Positions 50,668 to 61,183 of a stretch of DNA of 64,000 nucleotides are shown here, one piece after another (positions within the stretch are counted from its first letter, which is position 1; every line of letters begins with the position of its first letter). The position numbers and the translations under genes are program-made. Below the pieces are notes generated by a model. That model saw nothing but the letters and a program-made list of their open reading frames with translations. It was not told where the DNA came from and ran no database searches. Source of the stretch: Pseudogymnoascus verrucosus. Lineage: Eukaryota. The DNA lies in assembly GCA_001662655.1 (NCBI GenBank), contig KV460258.1; one strand, given 5' to 3'.

Positions 50668-51398
50668 ATGCCACGACCCCGCACCCACGACTCCGAGAAT
50701 TGCTGGCAGAGTGTCACCGACCCTAGGAAGCGGAAACAGATCCAGGACCGTCTAGCTCAGCGTGCACGTCGTGGGTCACATCCCCCATACCAGCCGCCAG
50801 ATTAGCGCTAACACACCTAGGACAACGACTCGCCGTGCAGCACCATGCCGCCAGCTCCCCGACCACCGGTGCCAATTGCCATACGTCTACACAAGAGAGC
50901 AGCGCCCTCGGGGCGGCAGCGCGCCAAGTCATACCCTCTACGCGCGTCGTGGTCCCCTTAACACCCAACTCAGCACTTGATCCCGCGCTGGATCTTCATC
51001 AAGACATCCCTACCACCGTCTACGCAGCGCTCTTCACCAATGGCGTTATCCTATCCCTCCCTTGCGCCTACGCCTCCCCGCTTCCCTCATGCTCCCCGCC
51101 CTACCCGGATGCGCCCCCCGATTTGCAGCCGACGGCATTGCAACTATCGACGCCACATGCGCGATGGATTGATCGATTTCCGTTTCCGCGGATGCGGGAT
51201 AATTTTATATTAATGACGGTGGGGGAGGAGGAAGGGGTCGGAGCAGCAAGTTTGAGAGTACTAGACCAGGAGGCGTTTATAGGGGATCTGTTTTGCATGG
51301 AGAGTTTTGTAATTAGGGAAGGGGGCCAGGCGTGGGATAGTGCGGATTGGACTATAGGGAAGAGGTTTCAAGAGAAATGGGGTTGGTTGTTTTGCTAA
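50668..51398 (+). CDS. Small bZIP-like transcription factor with DUF3425
   Basis: MPRPRTHDSENCWQSVTDPRKRKQIQDRLAQRARR|QRL basic region; PPDLQPTALQLSTPHARWIDRFPFPRMRDNFI and AWD..DW.IG..F..KWGWL. Intron about 50771-50820. Confidence 0.82.
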
Positions 51399-51542
51399 CG
51401 ATGTTTATTTGAAGTATTGGATTGATCGGTGGCTAACTGATTCTTCCCCCCCTTCTCTCTCGATTCCTGCTCTCAGCTCCACCTCTTCCTCGTTCTACAC
51501 ACGGCTGCGACAGCACCGGAGCCCGACAATGGCGTGGTCAGC

Positions 51543-52416
51543 TCACACACTAACGCCTTCAATCGCCTTCGCGATCCCCGCCGCCGTTTCCTCGGGCACA
51601 CTCACATTGGGACAATGCCCAGTGTCAAGCTTGACAACGCTCACGCTCCCCTCCCCTCCCCTCTCGCTCTCCAAAAACGAGATCGTCGCTCGCTGAAGAT
51701 CCGGCGATATGATCAGGTCGCGCTCGCAAAAGATGAACGACGTGGGGATGTGGCGGTACGCTGGATATGTGATCTTGCCGCTGAAGCTGGGGAGCGAGTG
51801 CGTCGTCAGCTTCTTTCCCCATTCGAGAGCAAGATCGGGTGACAGATCGGAAAAGGTGGCGGGGCCGATGACGGCCGGGTCGAGTGTCATATAATCGCCC
51901 TGTTCGATACTAGTTAGCACTCTTTCCTTTGCCCGTTGGAGTCTACGATGCTAGCAGGGGGATTAGTATGAGAATCGCAGAGACACAAACATTAATAGTG
52001 ATCGCCTCAGACACCTCCCCCATGGTCGATATTAGCGAACCCCCAAGAGGGGGTACGATCGAGGTCAAGTACACCAGCCTTACAACTCCCCCTTTCTTCC
52101 CTTCCGCCTCGCGGTCCGCCTTTGCAAGCCCCTTGGCCGCTTCCGTCCCAGGGACTCCGCCGTACGAGTGCGTGAGGATCACGATATCGCGGCCTTCATC
52201 CGCAAGTGATTCGGCGATGCCATGGAAGTGCGCTGCATCGTCGGCCATTGAGGCAGCGGGGGCGGGGGGAAGTCTGCTGGCCGAAGGGAGGTCGGAAACA
52301 ACAGCGGGGTATGAGAGGGCTTGTAAGGAATTGATGAGGGTGTCGTAGTGGGAGGCGGCCGAGAAGGAGCCGGGAACTATGAGGATAGTTGGTTTGGTGG
52401 TGGTGGTGGCGGACAT
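51543..52416 (-). CDS. Alpha/beta hydrolase (Abhydrolase_6, methylesterase-like)
   Basis: KPTILIVPGSF, ILTHSYGGVPG (nucleophile Ser), VVRLVYL, IFCERDLII (Asp), DTGHCPNVS (His). Intron about 51901-51988. Confidence 0.85.
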
Positions 52417-53678
52417 GGTGGGTGTTTCGGGGTGAGAATGCGAGTTGGGTTAGAGGGAGACTGTGGTGCTGCTAGAGATTGACTTGCGGAGAGAAGCCGT
52501 ATTGTTTCTGGATAGGAAGTTGGATCGATTCGTATATTAGAGAGAAAACTGTGGCATCTACAAAGGGCGTTTTCGTGGTCTTTATAAAGCCCAGAGCTAA
52601 ATACCCCTCCCCCCCTCCCCTTCAGGCACTCGGGCGTAGCCCGTTACGCGTTGCTCTTTTCCTCCTCAATGAGGCACTCCCATGTCGTAATCCCCCTCCA
52701 TCCTGTATTATCAATCAAGGGCAATCCCCATCATTTCCAATACTGCGGCAGCTCGGCCGAGGCATCGCAGCCCCGCAATCCTCATCTATTTGTCGTCTAC
52801 CACCCTACCGCCACCATCATCACCACCGCCGCCACCAAACCATACACTCCATACCCCTATAGCCCTCTACTAAGTAACAACCCTGGTCACGCATCCGCCA
52901 CATAATCATTACTTTGACATTCCCCATCGGAGGTATCGGCACTCTACAGCCCGATCCCGAAAGTCAGAATACAGCCGCATTGTCAGAAATGGCGCTAGCG
53001 AATGTCAGAATTCTGACATTCAACGGGTCGTCCAAGCTCAGATCTACAACTTTGATCCTACTAGCCAATAGTAATGTGGGCTTTGGTATGGTGTAACGGC
53101 GATGACGAGACGCCTATAAATTGATAGGTTGGTCAGCTTGAGAGCAACGGCGATTGCAATACATCTTTTGCTACGACGACGAAGGTCTGAGCTGATGCAT
53201 GCTTTGTTTTCGTGTCGTCGGGGGTTTACCTCTACACTGATAGGCCGTGGTAAAGTATCGTCAGCCTTTCGGTATCCTCAATGTAAGTATCTTAGTTAAC
53301 CGGTGTGCGGATTTCCACGAAATTGGAACAGGCCAAAAAAGTATCTTTGGTTTCAGGTTCGTTGCTTAACGGGGTATCAAAGGCTGTGCAAAAGCTTGGA
53401 GAAGCTTGGGGGAGCTTGGGAGGATTGCAACAATACCATGATGTTATGGCAGCTATCATGTGGCTGAAAACGCCTAAGATGTAATGCCATGACCAGAAAC
53501 ATAGCTTGCATACCAAGAGATGCTGCACCTGATCAGCTTCTGAGTCTAGGTGTGACGGATCGAATACTCAAACTTCGAGATCCAACAGTACTATCATCTC
53601 TTCCACGATTTCGGATCCATAACAAATGTCTTGTAGGTATGATTCTCAAGGTGATGAAGTAGCACTAGGTGCTGGAGA

Positions 53679-54455
53679 TTGATCGAGGCGGTTTGGGCGT
53701 GTTCGTTGTGCGGTGGCTGGCGCAGACACTGTTGGGCTTCCGAGCCGTTCTTCAGATCCCGTAGTGCCAAACCTCTTGACAATTTAGCAGTAGATGCAGT
53801 GCAGGTATCATTTACCTTTACGCAATGCCCGCATTGCTGTGAGGTGCTGGAAGATGACGACTGCCTGTTGACCTCAGACATGATCATAAACGAAGAGTTT
53901 TACAAGCACCATCTACAAGTCGTATCGAGCGCCATTCAGAGTGCCAGAAGCGTAGGCGTTGCCATTCATACCGTTAGCTTGTTGCACTTTGAGCTTCCAT
54001 ACTACCATTCATGGGAACAACCTAATCTACGCCCACTATCCGAATCTCTAAGACAGCTGCTGGGGAACATCAAGGTCCTACGCCTGCATGGGGTTGACGA
54101 CAGTGTACTGGAGCTTCTGTCTCGCTGCGCATTTGATCTGCATCAGCTTGACATGTGTGGAGTGGTGGCTCCTGAAAAGGTCATCAAGGATTTTTTCGAG
54201 ACCAACAAGAAATCCATTCGCTCTATTGGCTTTCACGATGTTGGAATCCTTGGGTTGAACCGCTTGGATAGCAATACTCCACTGTCAGCAAGTATGCTTT
54301 GCTGTATGCTGGGTGTGCCACAGTCGACGCTATGCCGAGCGGCTGATTGCGGCTGTCTTCTCTGGCGGAAGGAGGGATGGCGGCTGGTGGTTGGCGACGG
54401 CAGCTCGCAGCTTTCCACTGCAACTTCTGCTAAGAGAAAATATGATGAGCTGTAA
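53679..54455 (+). pseudogene. Hypothetical protein, probably a 5'-truncated or decayed gene with leucine-rich C-terminus
   Basis: 258-codon open frame lacking an ATG start (IKVLRLHG, LHQLDMCG, IRSIGFHDV periodicity); the same frame upstream is riddled with stops. Confidence 0.4.
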
Positions 54456-55188
54456 CAAGCTAGACTTGGAAGCGTCACTTGCTAAGCTGGCGTCCTCTTG
54501 CCGAGTTGTTTCGAACTGTGGATAACAGGGGTAATCGGTCTATCCATATATGAGGCTAACCGCTAAAATCAACCGTTAGGGTTTAAGGTTTCCACCTCGG
54601 TTACTTTAATTGTATGTTATTACAAGGTTCTTTGGCTACTTGTGCCTTTTCTTGATTGGACATCGGCTTCTCAGTTGCACACTTGTTAGGGATCATTAGG
54701 ATCGGCAAGTTTAGGTGAACTGAACCTCTTCGTTCCTATACATAACATCCATCTTAGGGATTTTCGACTCCATAAGATTCTCTCTACAAGAGACTAGCTC
54801 TTGGGATGTATACGTCATAGTATGGATATTGCCGCCTTAATCGCTCATTTGACAACACCCGACCCTTTAAATGAAGTGACAACTCTTTTGAATTTGGAAC
54901 CTTTAAAGGTAACAAATTATCGTGTGTAAGTGCTTAGAAGATCTTGAAGTAATAAAAGCGCCTTATAGGAACCAACCACTAATTGCGATGATAGTTGTTC
55001 AAGATATAGATTACCCAACGTCAGTGAAAGGCCATTGCGAGCGTAAGTCCAACTGTATAGGGATAGGTTCAAAGCTGATTTCAGAAGTATCCCACTGGAA
55101 TATAGAGAGTTATATAGGGAGCATTGGGCTTGATCCCATCGGAAACACAGAGCGCCAATCTCCAAGACAATACTCCTCAGAACATACT

Positions 55189-55551
55189 ATGTTAGCCAAC
55201 GACGCAGCCCAGCAGGAGCGAATGCAACAGACAGATAAAGATGCAGAACGGGCTGTATCTGGGCAAACGGACGAAGCTCAACGCCTTATTTTTGAAGATT
55301 TGAACACCGGTGAAGGCGCCCACCTTGTCATTGTCTCAACTGCGACGCCCGGAAATCCGATTACAGCTAGGAATATCACCACTAGGAATCGAACTTCCAA
55401 GTGGCTTGGTCAGATGTCTGACGAGTCCCTACAGACACTCTCACATAATAAAGTGGATGCTCTGTCAACCTCTACGCATTTTGCTACTAACAAGGTGCTA
55501 GAGAAACTGAATGTAGGGTTCTTGCAACATGGACCACGGCGTATACTCTGA
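55189..55551 (+). CDS. Short ORF with one HET-s/HRAM-like two-repeat motif; possibly a remnant of a HeLo-like effector gene
   Basis: RLIFEDLNTGEGAHLVIVST...ITARNITTRNRTSKWLGQMSDESLQ; the frame is open from 54922 but the first aligned ATG is 55189. Confidence 0.45.
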   Translation: MLANDAAQQERMQQTDKDAERAVSGQTDEAQRLIFEDLNTGEGAHLVIVSTATPGNPITARNITTRNRTSKWLGQMSDESLQTLSHNKVDALSTSTHFATNKVLEKLNVGFLQHGPRRIL

Positions 55552-55870
55552 TGTGAAGTTGGGAAGTGCTTTCTCCATCTTGACATGATACTATGGATCA
55601 CTCTTAGGTGCATGGACATAGGGAGCCTACTGCAAGAGATTAGAGGTTACCAAAGTTGAGATTGTGAGCATACGTCATGATATGGGTAGTGCCGCATGTG
55701 ACAACATCTGGTAGAAGTTTGTCCTTTAATGAAATGAACAAATCTTGACCTTAGAAGCTTTGAAGGTGACTAATGTACTGTATGTAAGACCGTAAGATCG
55801 TCAGGCTTGATCTCCTCAGAAACATAAACTAAATAACTTCTAACATAATACTTCCCCGAACAGAGCAAGC

Positions 55871-56347
55871 ATGTCAGCTGACAACGCAACCCAGCAGCAG
55901 CGAATGCGGAGAGACGATGCTCTCGTATCTAGTCAAATAGCCCAAATTCAGCGTGTTGTCTTTGAAGACGTAAACACGAAAGAGGCTGTTCACCTAGTCA
56001 CTGCCTCGATGCGGGGAGATCGGGCCTCGGCTAAGAGAGTCAGCGTTTGGGCTCGAACTGTACAGTGGCTTGGTTATATATTTGATCAGTCCCAACAAAT
56101 GCCTAATCAAGCGTGCCAAAAAGCATTAATGGAGAAACAAGGCGCAAAGGTTGAAAACTATAGAGGAGTTAGATTTGAAAATGTCGAAATCGGAAAAGGT
56201 TGTGCGATTGCTATGGTTTCAACTAAAGGGGAAGAAGTTTATGGGAAAGATATCAAAGTCGGGGACTACACATCCTTTAACAGTGGACAAATGTCAGATG
56301 AATCTGTGCAAAGCCTTCCTAGGGCTCATAGCACAATCCTCTACTGA
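55871..56347 (+). CDS. Short ORF (158 aa) with two HET-s/HRAM-like two-repeat motifs; paralog of the preceding ORF
   Basis: VVFEDVNTKEAVHLVTAS..D.ASAKRVSVWARTVQWLGYIFDQS and VRFENVEIGKGCAIAMVST..EEVYGKDIKVGDYTSFNSGQMSDESVQ. Confidence 0.5.
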   Translation: MSADNATQQQRMRRDDALVSSQIAQIQRVVFEDVNTKEAVHLVTASMRGDRASAKRVSVWARTVQWLGYIFDQSQQMPNQACQKALMEKQGAKVENYRGVRFENVEIGKGCAIAMVSTKGEEVYGKDIKVGDYTSFNSGQMSDESVQSLPRAHSTILY

Positions 56348-56719
56348 AGCCAGAGTAGCAAGGACACGGCGTCTGGCAGACATGGAGTAGGGGGTATTCT
56401 TAGGGACGAAAGAGAATGAAGAATCATTTGCGTCACTTTCCTGAATGCGTGGACGAATATGGACCATAATGGGAAAATTAGATTAAAAACATTTAACGAT
56501 GCCACTTTTTGCCTCTTTCCTACTTAATTAATTCCTCTATTTACATAATCAGGGCAAACCATACTGCACACTTTGATTCCATCTAGCTGCAGAACTGCAA
56601 GACAGTTCCGTGAAATTCCTCTGCGTGAATTTGAAAATGAATCCGATGTTCGAGCCGGACATCACAGATTCGGCAATTGGTAGACTCGTTAAATCCAAGT
56701 CTTCTAACATGCTTTCTTC

Positions 56720-57595
56720 AAGACGACAATCGTAAAGTATCTCGAACTGTACAACAAATCATAGGCAGAGCTCCACGGGCAAATGAAGAAGCGGAACGAT
56801 TATAGTGAACGGACAATTATAACGACATGGCAAATCTCGTTTGATGAGATAAAGATTAGAGATGAAGGAGCCGCAAAACTGTTGCGATTGTAGGGCTACA
56901 TTGACAATTAAGAGCTTTGGTTTCAGCTGTTACTATGGCCGAGATGGAAGAACGCTGCTCCGGGCTAGCTCTAGCAAATCATAGCTACTGAGATCAGCTT
57001 CTTGGCAACCGTCGACACTCTTTTGGGTTACTCACTTATTGAACGGAATGACAACAGCGAGACATATTCAATGCACGCAGTGGTCCATGATTGGATCCAA
57101 GCATCCATCGACATGAGGAAAGATGAAGGCCTTTTACAGACAGCAATAACTACTATCGGCCTTGCAGTTCCAGAACAAATTGCAAGAGATTCTGCAACCG
57201 TACAACGCCGGATTTTACCGCATGTTATCCAATTACTACAATACTAGAGCTATGTCACCGATGTTAACGATGATTTGGATACGGTTGCATATCTAGATAG
57301 TCTTAAAATGCTAGGAAACCTATGCTCGGATCAGGGAAAGCTGGCTGAGGCGGAGGAGATGTACCAGCGGGCGCTAAAAGGAAAGGAGAAGGCACTTGGA
57401 GCTGAGCACACATCAACACTCCGCACAGTCAACAACTTAGGCAACCTCTACGCAGATCAGGGAAAGCTAGCTGAGGCGGAGGAGATGTACCAGCGGGCGC
57501 TAAAAGGAAACGAGAAAGCACGTGGACCAGCTATCCATTTACTCACAGCAGGTGATGGAGATAGATGGGAGAGGGATTTTAGTGCACGACAGTGA
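56720..57595 (+). pseudogene. Fungal NLR (NB-ARC/TPR type) pseudogene, N-terminally truncated
   Basis: Single frame: KYLELY...TIITTWQISFDEI...AAKLLRL*GYIDN*ELWFQLL...LLGYSLI...YSMHAVVHDW...RILPH, then TPRs LGNLYADQGKLAEAEEMYQRALKGKEKALGAEHTSTL. Six in-frame stops. Confidence 0.9.
57310..57530 (+). repeat. Two near-identical 126-bp TPR-coding repeats
   Basis: gatcagggaaagct(g/a)gctgaggcggaggagatgtaccagcgggcgctaaaaggaaa starts at 57329 and 57455 (period 126). Confidence 0.9.
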
Positions 57596-57746
57596 AGACC
57601 TAGTAAAGAATCAGGCGGCAGAAAAGTAGATGGCCGAATTGGAGTCCTTCTTGAGGCGGGAAATTAGGTATGTATTCCGTTGGTATTACTATTCTACCTA
57701 TTCTGACTCTCGATGCTGCAAGGCCCACCGTGAGATCTGACAACTT

Positions 57747-58089
57747 CTAACAGTGGTCACTCTTGTCAGTTCCAGCATCAATACACCCACCAGCACAGCG
57801 TTTCTGCCAATCAATAACACCCTGATTGCCTCCTACACAATAGAAGAGATCATCCTTGCCATTGTCAATTTCTTGCTGGCCAGCATCGTGGATAGCTTGG
57901 TCGATTTGGGCCTGGTATTTCCCTAGAAACGTCTTGGTTAGTTTTGGTTTTAGGAAAGAAGTGTGGGAGTACGTTCTTACCTTTGCTAACGAGAGTGCTT
58001 CCACAGTAGAAAAGACCAGGCTTGCAGTTGTCCGCAATTGCGCCAGTGGCGAAAACAGCGAGAGCTGCAGCAAGAAGTGTAAATTGCAT
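57747..58089 (-). CDS. Small secreted cysteine-rich protein (94 aa, 6 Cys), effector/antimicrobial-like
   Basis: Spliced (intron 57923-57980): MQFTLLAAALAVFATGAIA-DNCKPGLFYCGSTLVSKGKYQAQIDQAIHDAGQQEIDNGKDDLFYCVGGNQGVIDWQKRCAGGCIDAGTDKSDHC*. Confidence 0.85.
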
Positions 58090-58599
58090 TGTGGCGGTAT
58101 AAGGGGGTTTGTATCTTGAGTTGAATGCTGGATGCTAGTTGCTGGTGAAAGTTGCTCTGAGTGATTGTTTAGACTGAGTGTTGGTTGATGAGGTAGGCAG
58201 CAGAATGTTGAGGGTATGAGACGGTTTTATAGGTATTCTGGCCTACGTCGCCATTGCTACCTTCAAGTTCCGGGCTGTCCTCGATCTGCCGTTATCGCGG
58301 GAGTTTCTTTACGTAAATGTTGGTTGGTTTGAAGGATCAATATGTACTGTACTACATTTTGTTGGTCTTTAGGGATTAGTATGCCTGCAGTACAGTACAT
58401 AACAGGGTATGTATACTCGGGGAACCGATCGTAGTTGGGTAGGGTTTCCGAGAGCGCGACTAGAATATCACTTTGGAACAGTTGGAATGGGGCCACTAGT
58501 AGCATAGTATATAGAACCGTAGAATACAGTAATATAATCAATTGAATAACTAATATATCTAGTGTGGCCTACGTACTATTTGTAGGCTGGAAGTAAGTC

Positions 58600-58770
58600 T
58601 GGCTCGGGCCTTGCGTTAAGTGCCCAGAACAGCGTTTTGAGGCTCAAACGCTAGCCCGGAACTGGTGATACTGGCCATGCTTCGCATGCTTGGCATCATC
58701 ACATTCCGGTGCACGGACTGGTTTGCAACTGAGCTCACTTACCGAGCCAATCGACAGAAGGCGTTTTTTT
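58600..58770 (+). other. Candidate structured non-coding RNA / foldback element
   Basis: Nested complementary segments: TGGCTCGG/CCGAGCCA, TTGC/GCAA, GTGC/GCAC, AGCGTTT/AAACGCT, CCGGAA-TGGTGAT/ATCATCA-TTCCGG, CATGC/GCATG; followed by T7. Confidence 0.35.
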
Positions 58771-61183
58771 CAGCCCCTCATCTTGGCATCGGCAGCGGTC
58801 CGCATCCCGCCAGATTCCCGTTAGTGGCGCTCATTCACCAGTTCAAATAGTATCGCTGGCCTTGCATATGCAGGGTCATTCTGCAAGTGATTCTGTTTAG
58901 GGATATACGTAGTATGGCGGCAATGGCAATGGATTCACTAATAAACTAATCGTTGGCTTCTAGAGGAAGCCAGCTTACCGCTACATATAGGCTGGGCCAC
59001 GCTGTAGCGGAGCACCTTACTTCTCGTATCCTAACATCCTGCCTCCTGGGGACCCCTGGAAGAAACGTTAGGTAGAAAACTCGCCAAATGCTCCTTGTAT
59101 GCAGCATATTAAACTGTTACGTTGCATTGAATTTCCCAACGTGAGTTAATATAAATAAACCCTTGTAAGAGAGAGGAAGGGGTAGCGGAGCAGGTAAGGA
59201 GACTATCCGAGTCCAGACGCCTCCTTCGACAATCTGAGCGGGCTATACTTCCTTTCGTAACTGAGCTCCCACAAACCATCAATGAGTGACACTCCACAAG
59301 CGTCACTCGAATTCCACCTTGTCAAATCCATATTCCTCTCAGTATCAAATTCTACAACCAGTGAGAATGAACCTCAGTAAACCCAAGTTTCGGGGCCTAG
59401 ATAAGTGGCTCATAAATATGACTGACGTATGGCAAATCATCTGGAAAATAAGAGCAAGGTGCCCTTGCTATGTTGCGTACGCTACCACGCCAAAACTTCA
59501 GTCCTAATGCGCGAAAATGACGCGAAATTGACACGAAAACGTATTTCGCCTCACCCCGCTCACCCCAGTCACCCTGCTCAGCCCCGGCTCACTTTCAGAT
59601 CACCCTTTAGGCGGCAGGGACCTGCATTCTACACTAAGCCTATTGGCACGATTGAGACTACTAATCCACCGATCTCAAGTTTATGTATGGCAGAGCGGAC
59701 GGGATGCCCAGTTCTCTTGAGTCTATGGTCGTATGTGAGAATTACCCTGAAAAAGGGTCAAAGGCGGGAACGGGATGATTGATGATAGAAGCCTTCCAGG
59801 AAGGGAAGTTGTCGTCGGACCGCCGTCAGCCACACAACAGGAGGCCAAGGATGCTGTGTCAGTGCATGCGATCACCCTGGTTCAGGTCGCACTTCGCCCG
59901 TAAGTAGTTGGATATCAACGTCGGCCAAACTTCATCATGCCTTGACCCTGAGCGCTTTGCAATTACTACATCCTGATTTTGACTTAATATGGGCCTTCCT
60001 TTCCCGGATCTGCTGGCTATCTCATCCATTTCCGGGTATATAAACAGCTCCTTGGGAGTTGTCGATGGTGAAGCAACTAAAATAAGCGCCCTGTGCCGCC
60101 ATGCTTTCATAATCAGTTTATCAGAGCGATTTCTAGTGAAAAATCCATAATCAAATGCAGTAGTCTCAAAAACTACATCTCCTTATTGTACAGTCGTCTA
60201 AGTTCGTATTCCCAATCAGGAAATTATATGAGGGGCCAAGACAGCCAAGCTAGCTGAGTAATTAATGCATTTGAGGTGCTTATACCACATGCATTGCCTG
60301 ATGAATATGTCTCTCCGAGCTGTTCTGAAATAATAGCATCGTTCCGAAACGATGAACATGCATAAATCCATGGAGGCAACAACCGCTCAGCACTCTACTC
60401 TATAACATCATGTGTCAACTTTCCGTTGAAAAGTGACACAAGCCTCCCTAGATCACAGTCGCATGTCTCAACTCCTAAATGGCCACATTACTCCCACGAT
60501 ATAATATTCTATTTTCAAGCCCTAAACTCCATTTATTACATTACAACTACCGAGCGCTGCCACGTTTACCCCTCAGTAATCATGCCTGGAATTCATGCTA
60601 AGCCCAGTGCCGAGCTATAAGTATAGGGCTCAAGGGTCTACGTATTTTCACGGGCATATGGAGGACAGAAATTAAGTATGTAGGTGGGGCATGATGAGGG
60701 CAATGGCCTGTTTAACGCAACATATAATATAGGCAGATATAGCGAGCGAGCAAACAGAGTGAGGATCGCCAGGTGGGTCAACGTCTCGGTTTGAGTACTC
60801 CAGGTTTTTGGCCATCAATTGGACCAAGCGCAGGGAAACACTTTTATCCGTTGACTGATGGGGGTCACAACACGGGGCCCCGCATAATATCTATCTGACA
60901 CCACGAAGGATCTAGCTCTCTAAACTTGTTTAAACTCGTCATACTAACCACATATCTGAAGCTCTTGGGTAACAGATCTACGGAGGCGTAACTGCCTAAT
61001 CTAAGTGCCTATTTCCCCCCAGATAACCCGCTCCACAAGGCTTAGCCACCATAAAGCCGTTTCGTCGGACCGCTGTCAGAGATTCTTTAAAATGGAAGCT
61101 CCCTTCCCCTCTTATCTGCGATCACCACGGCATCATCCCCAGATTTGCTCTCCGGAACCGACTAGCAAAACAAAGGGCCCAAC

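Noticed and set aside
59859..60230. Minus-strand protein-like fragment (MKAWRHRALIL...VWPTLISNYLRAKCDL)
   Set aside because: May be another gene relic, but I cannot assign a family or a coherent exon structure.
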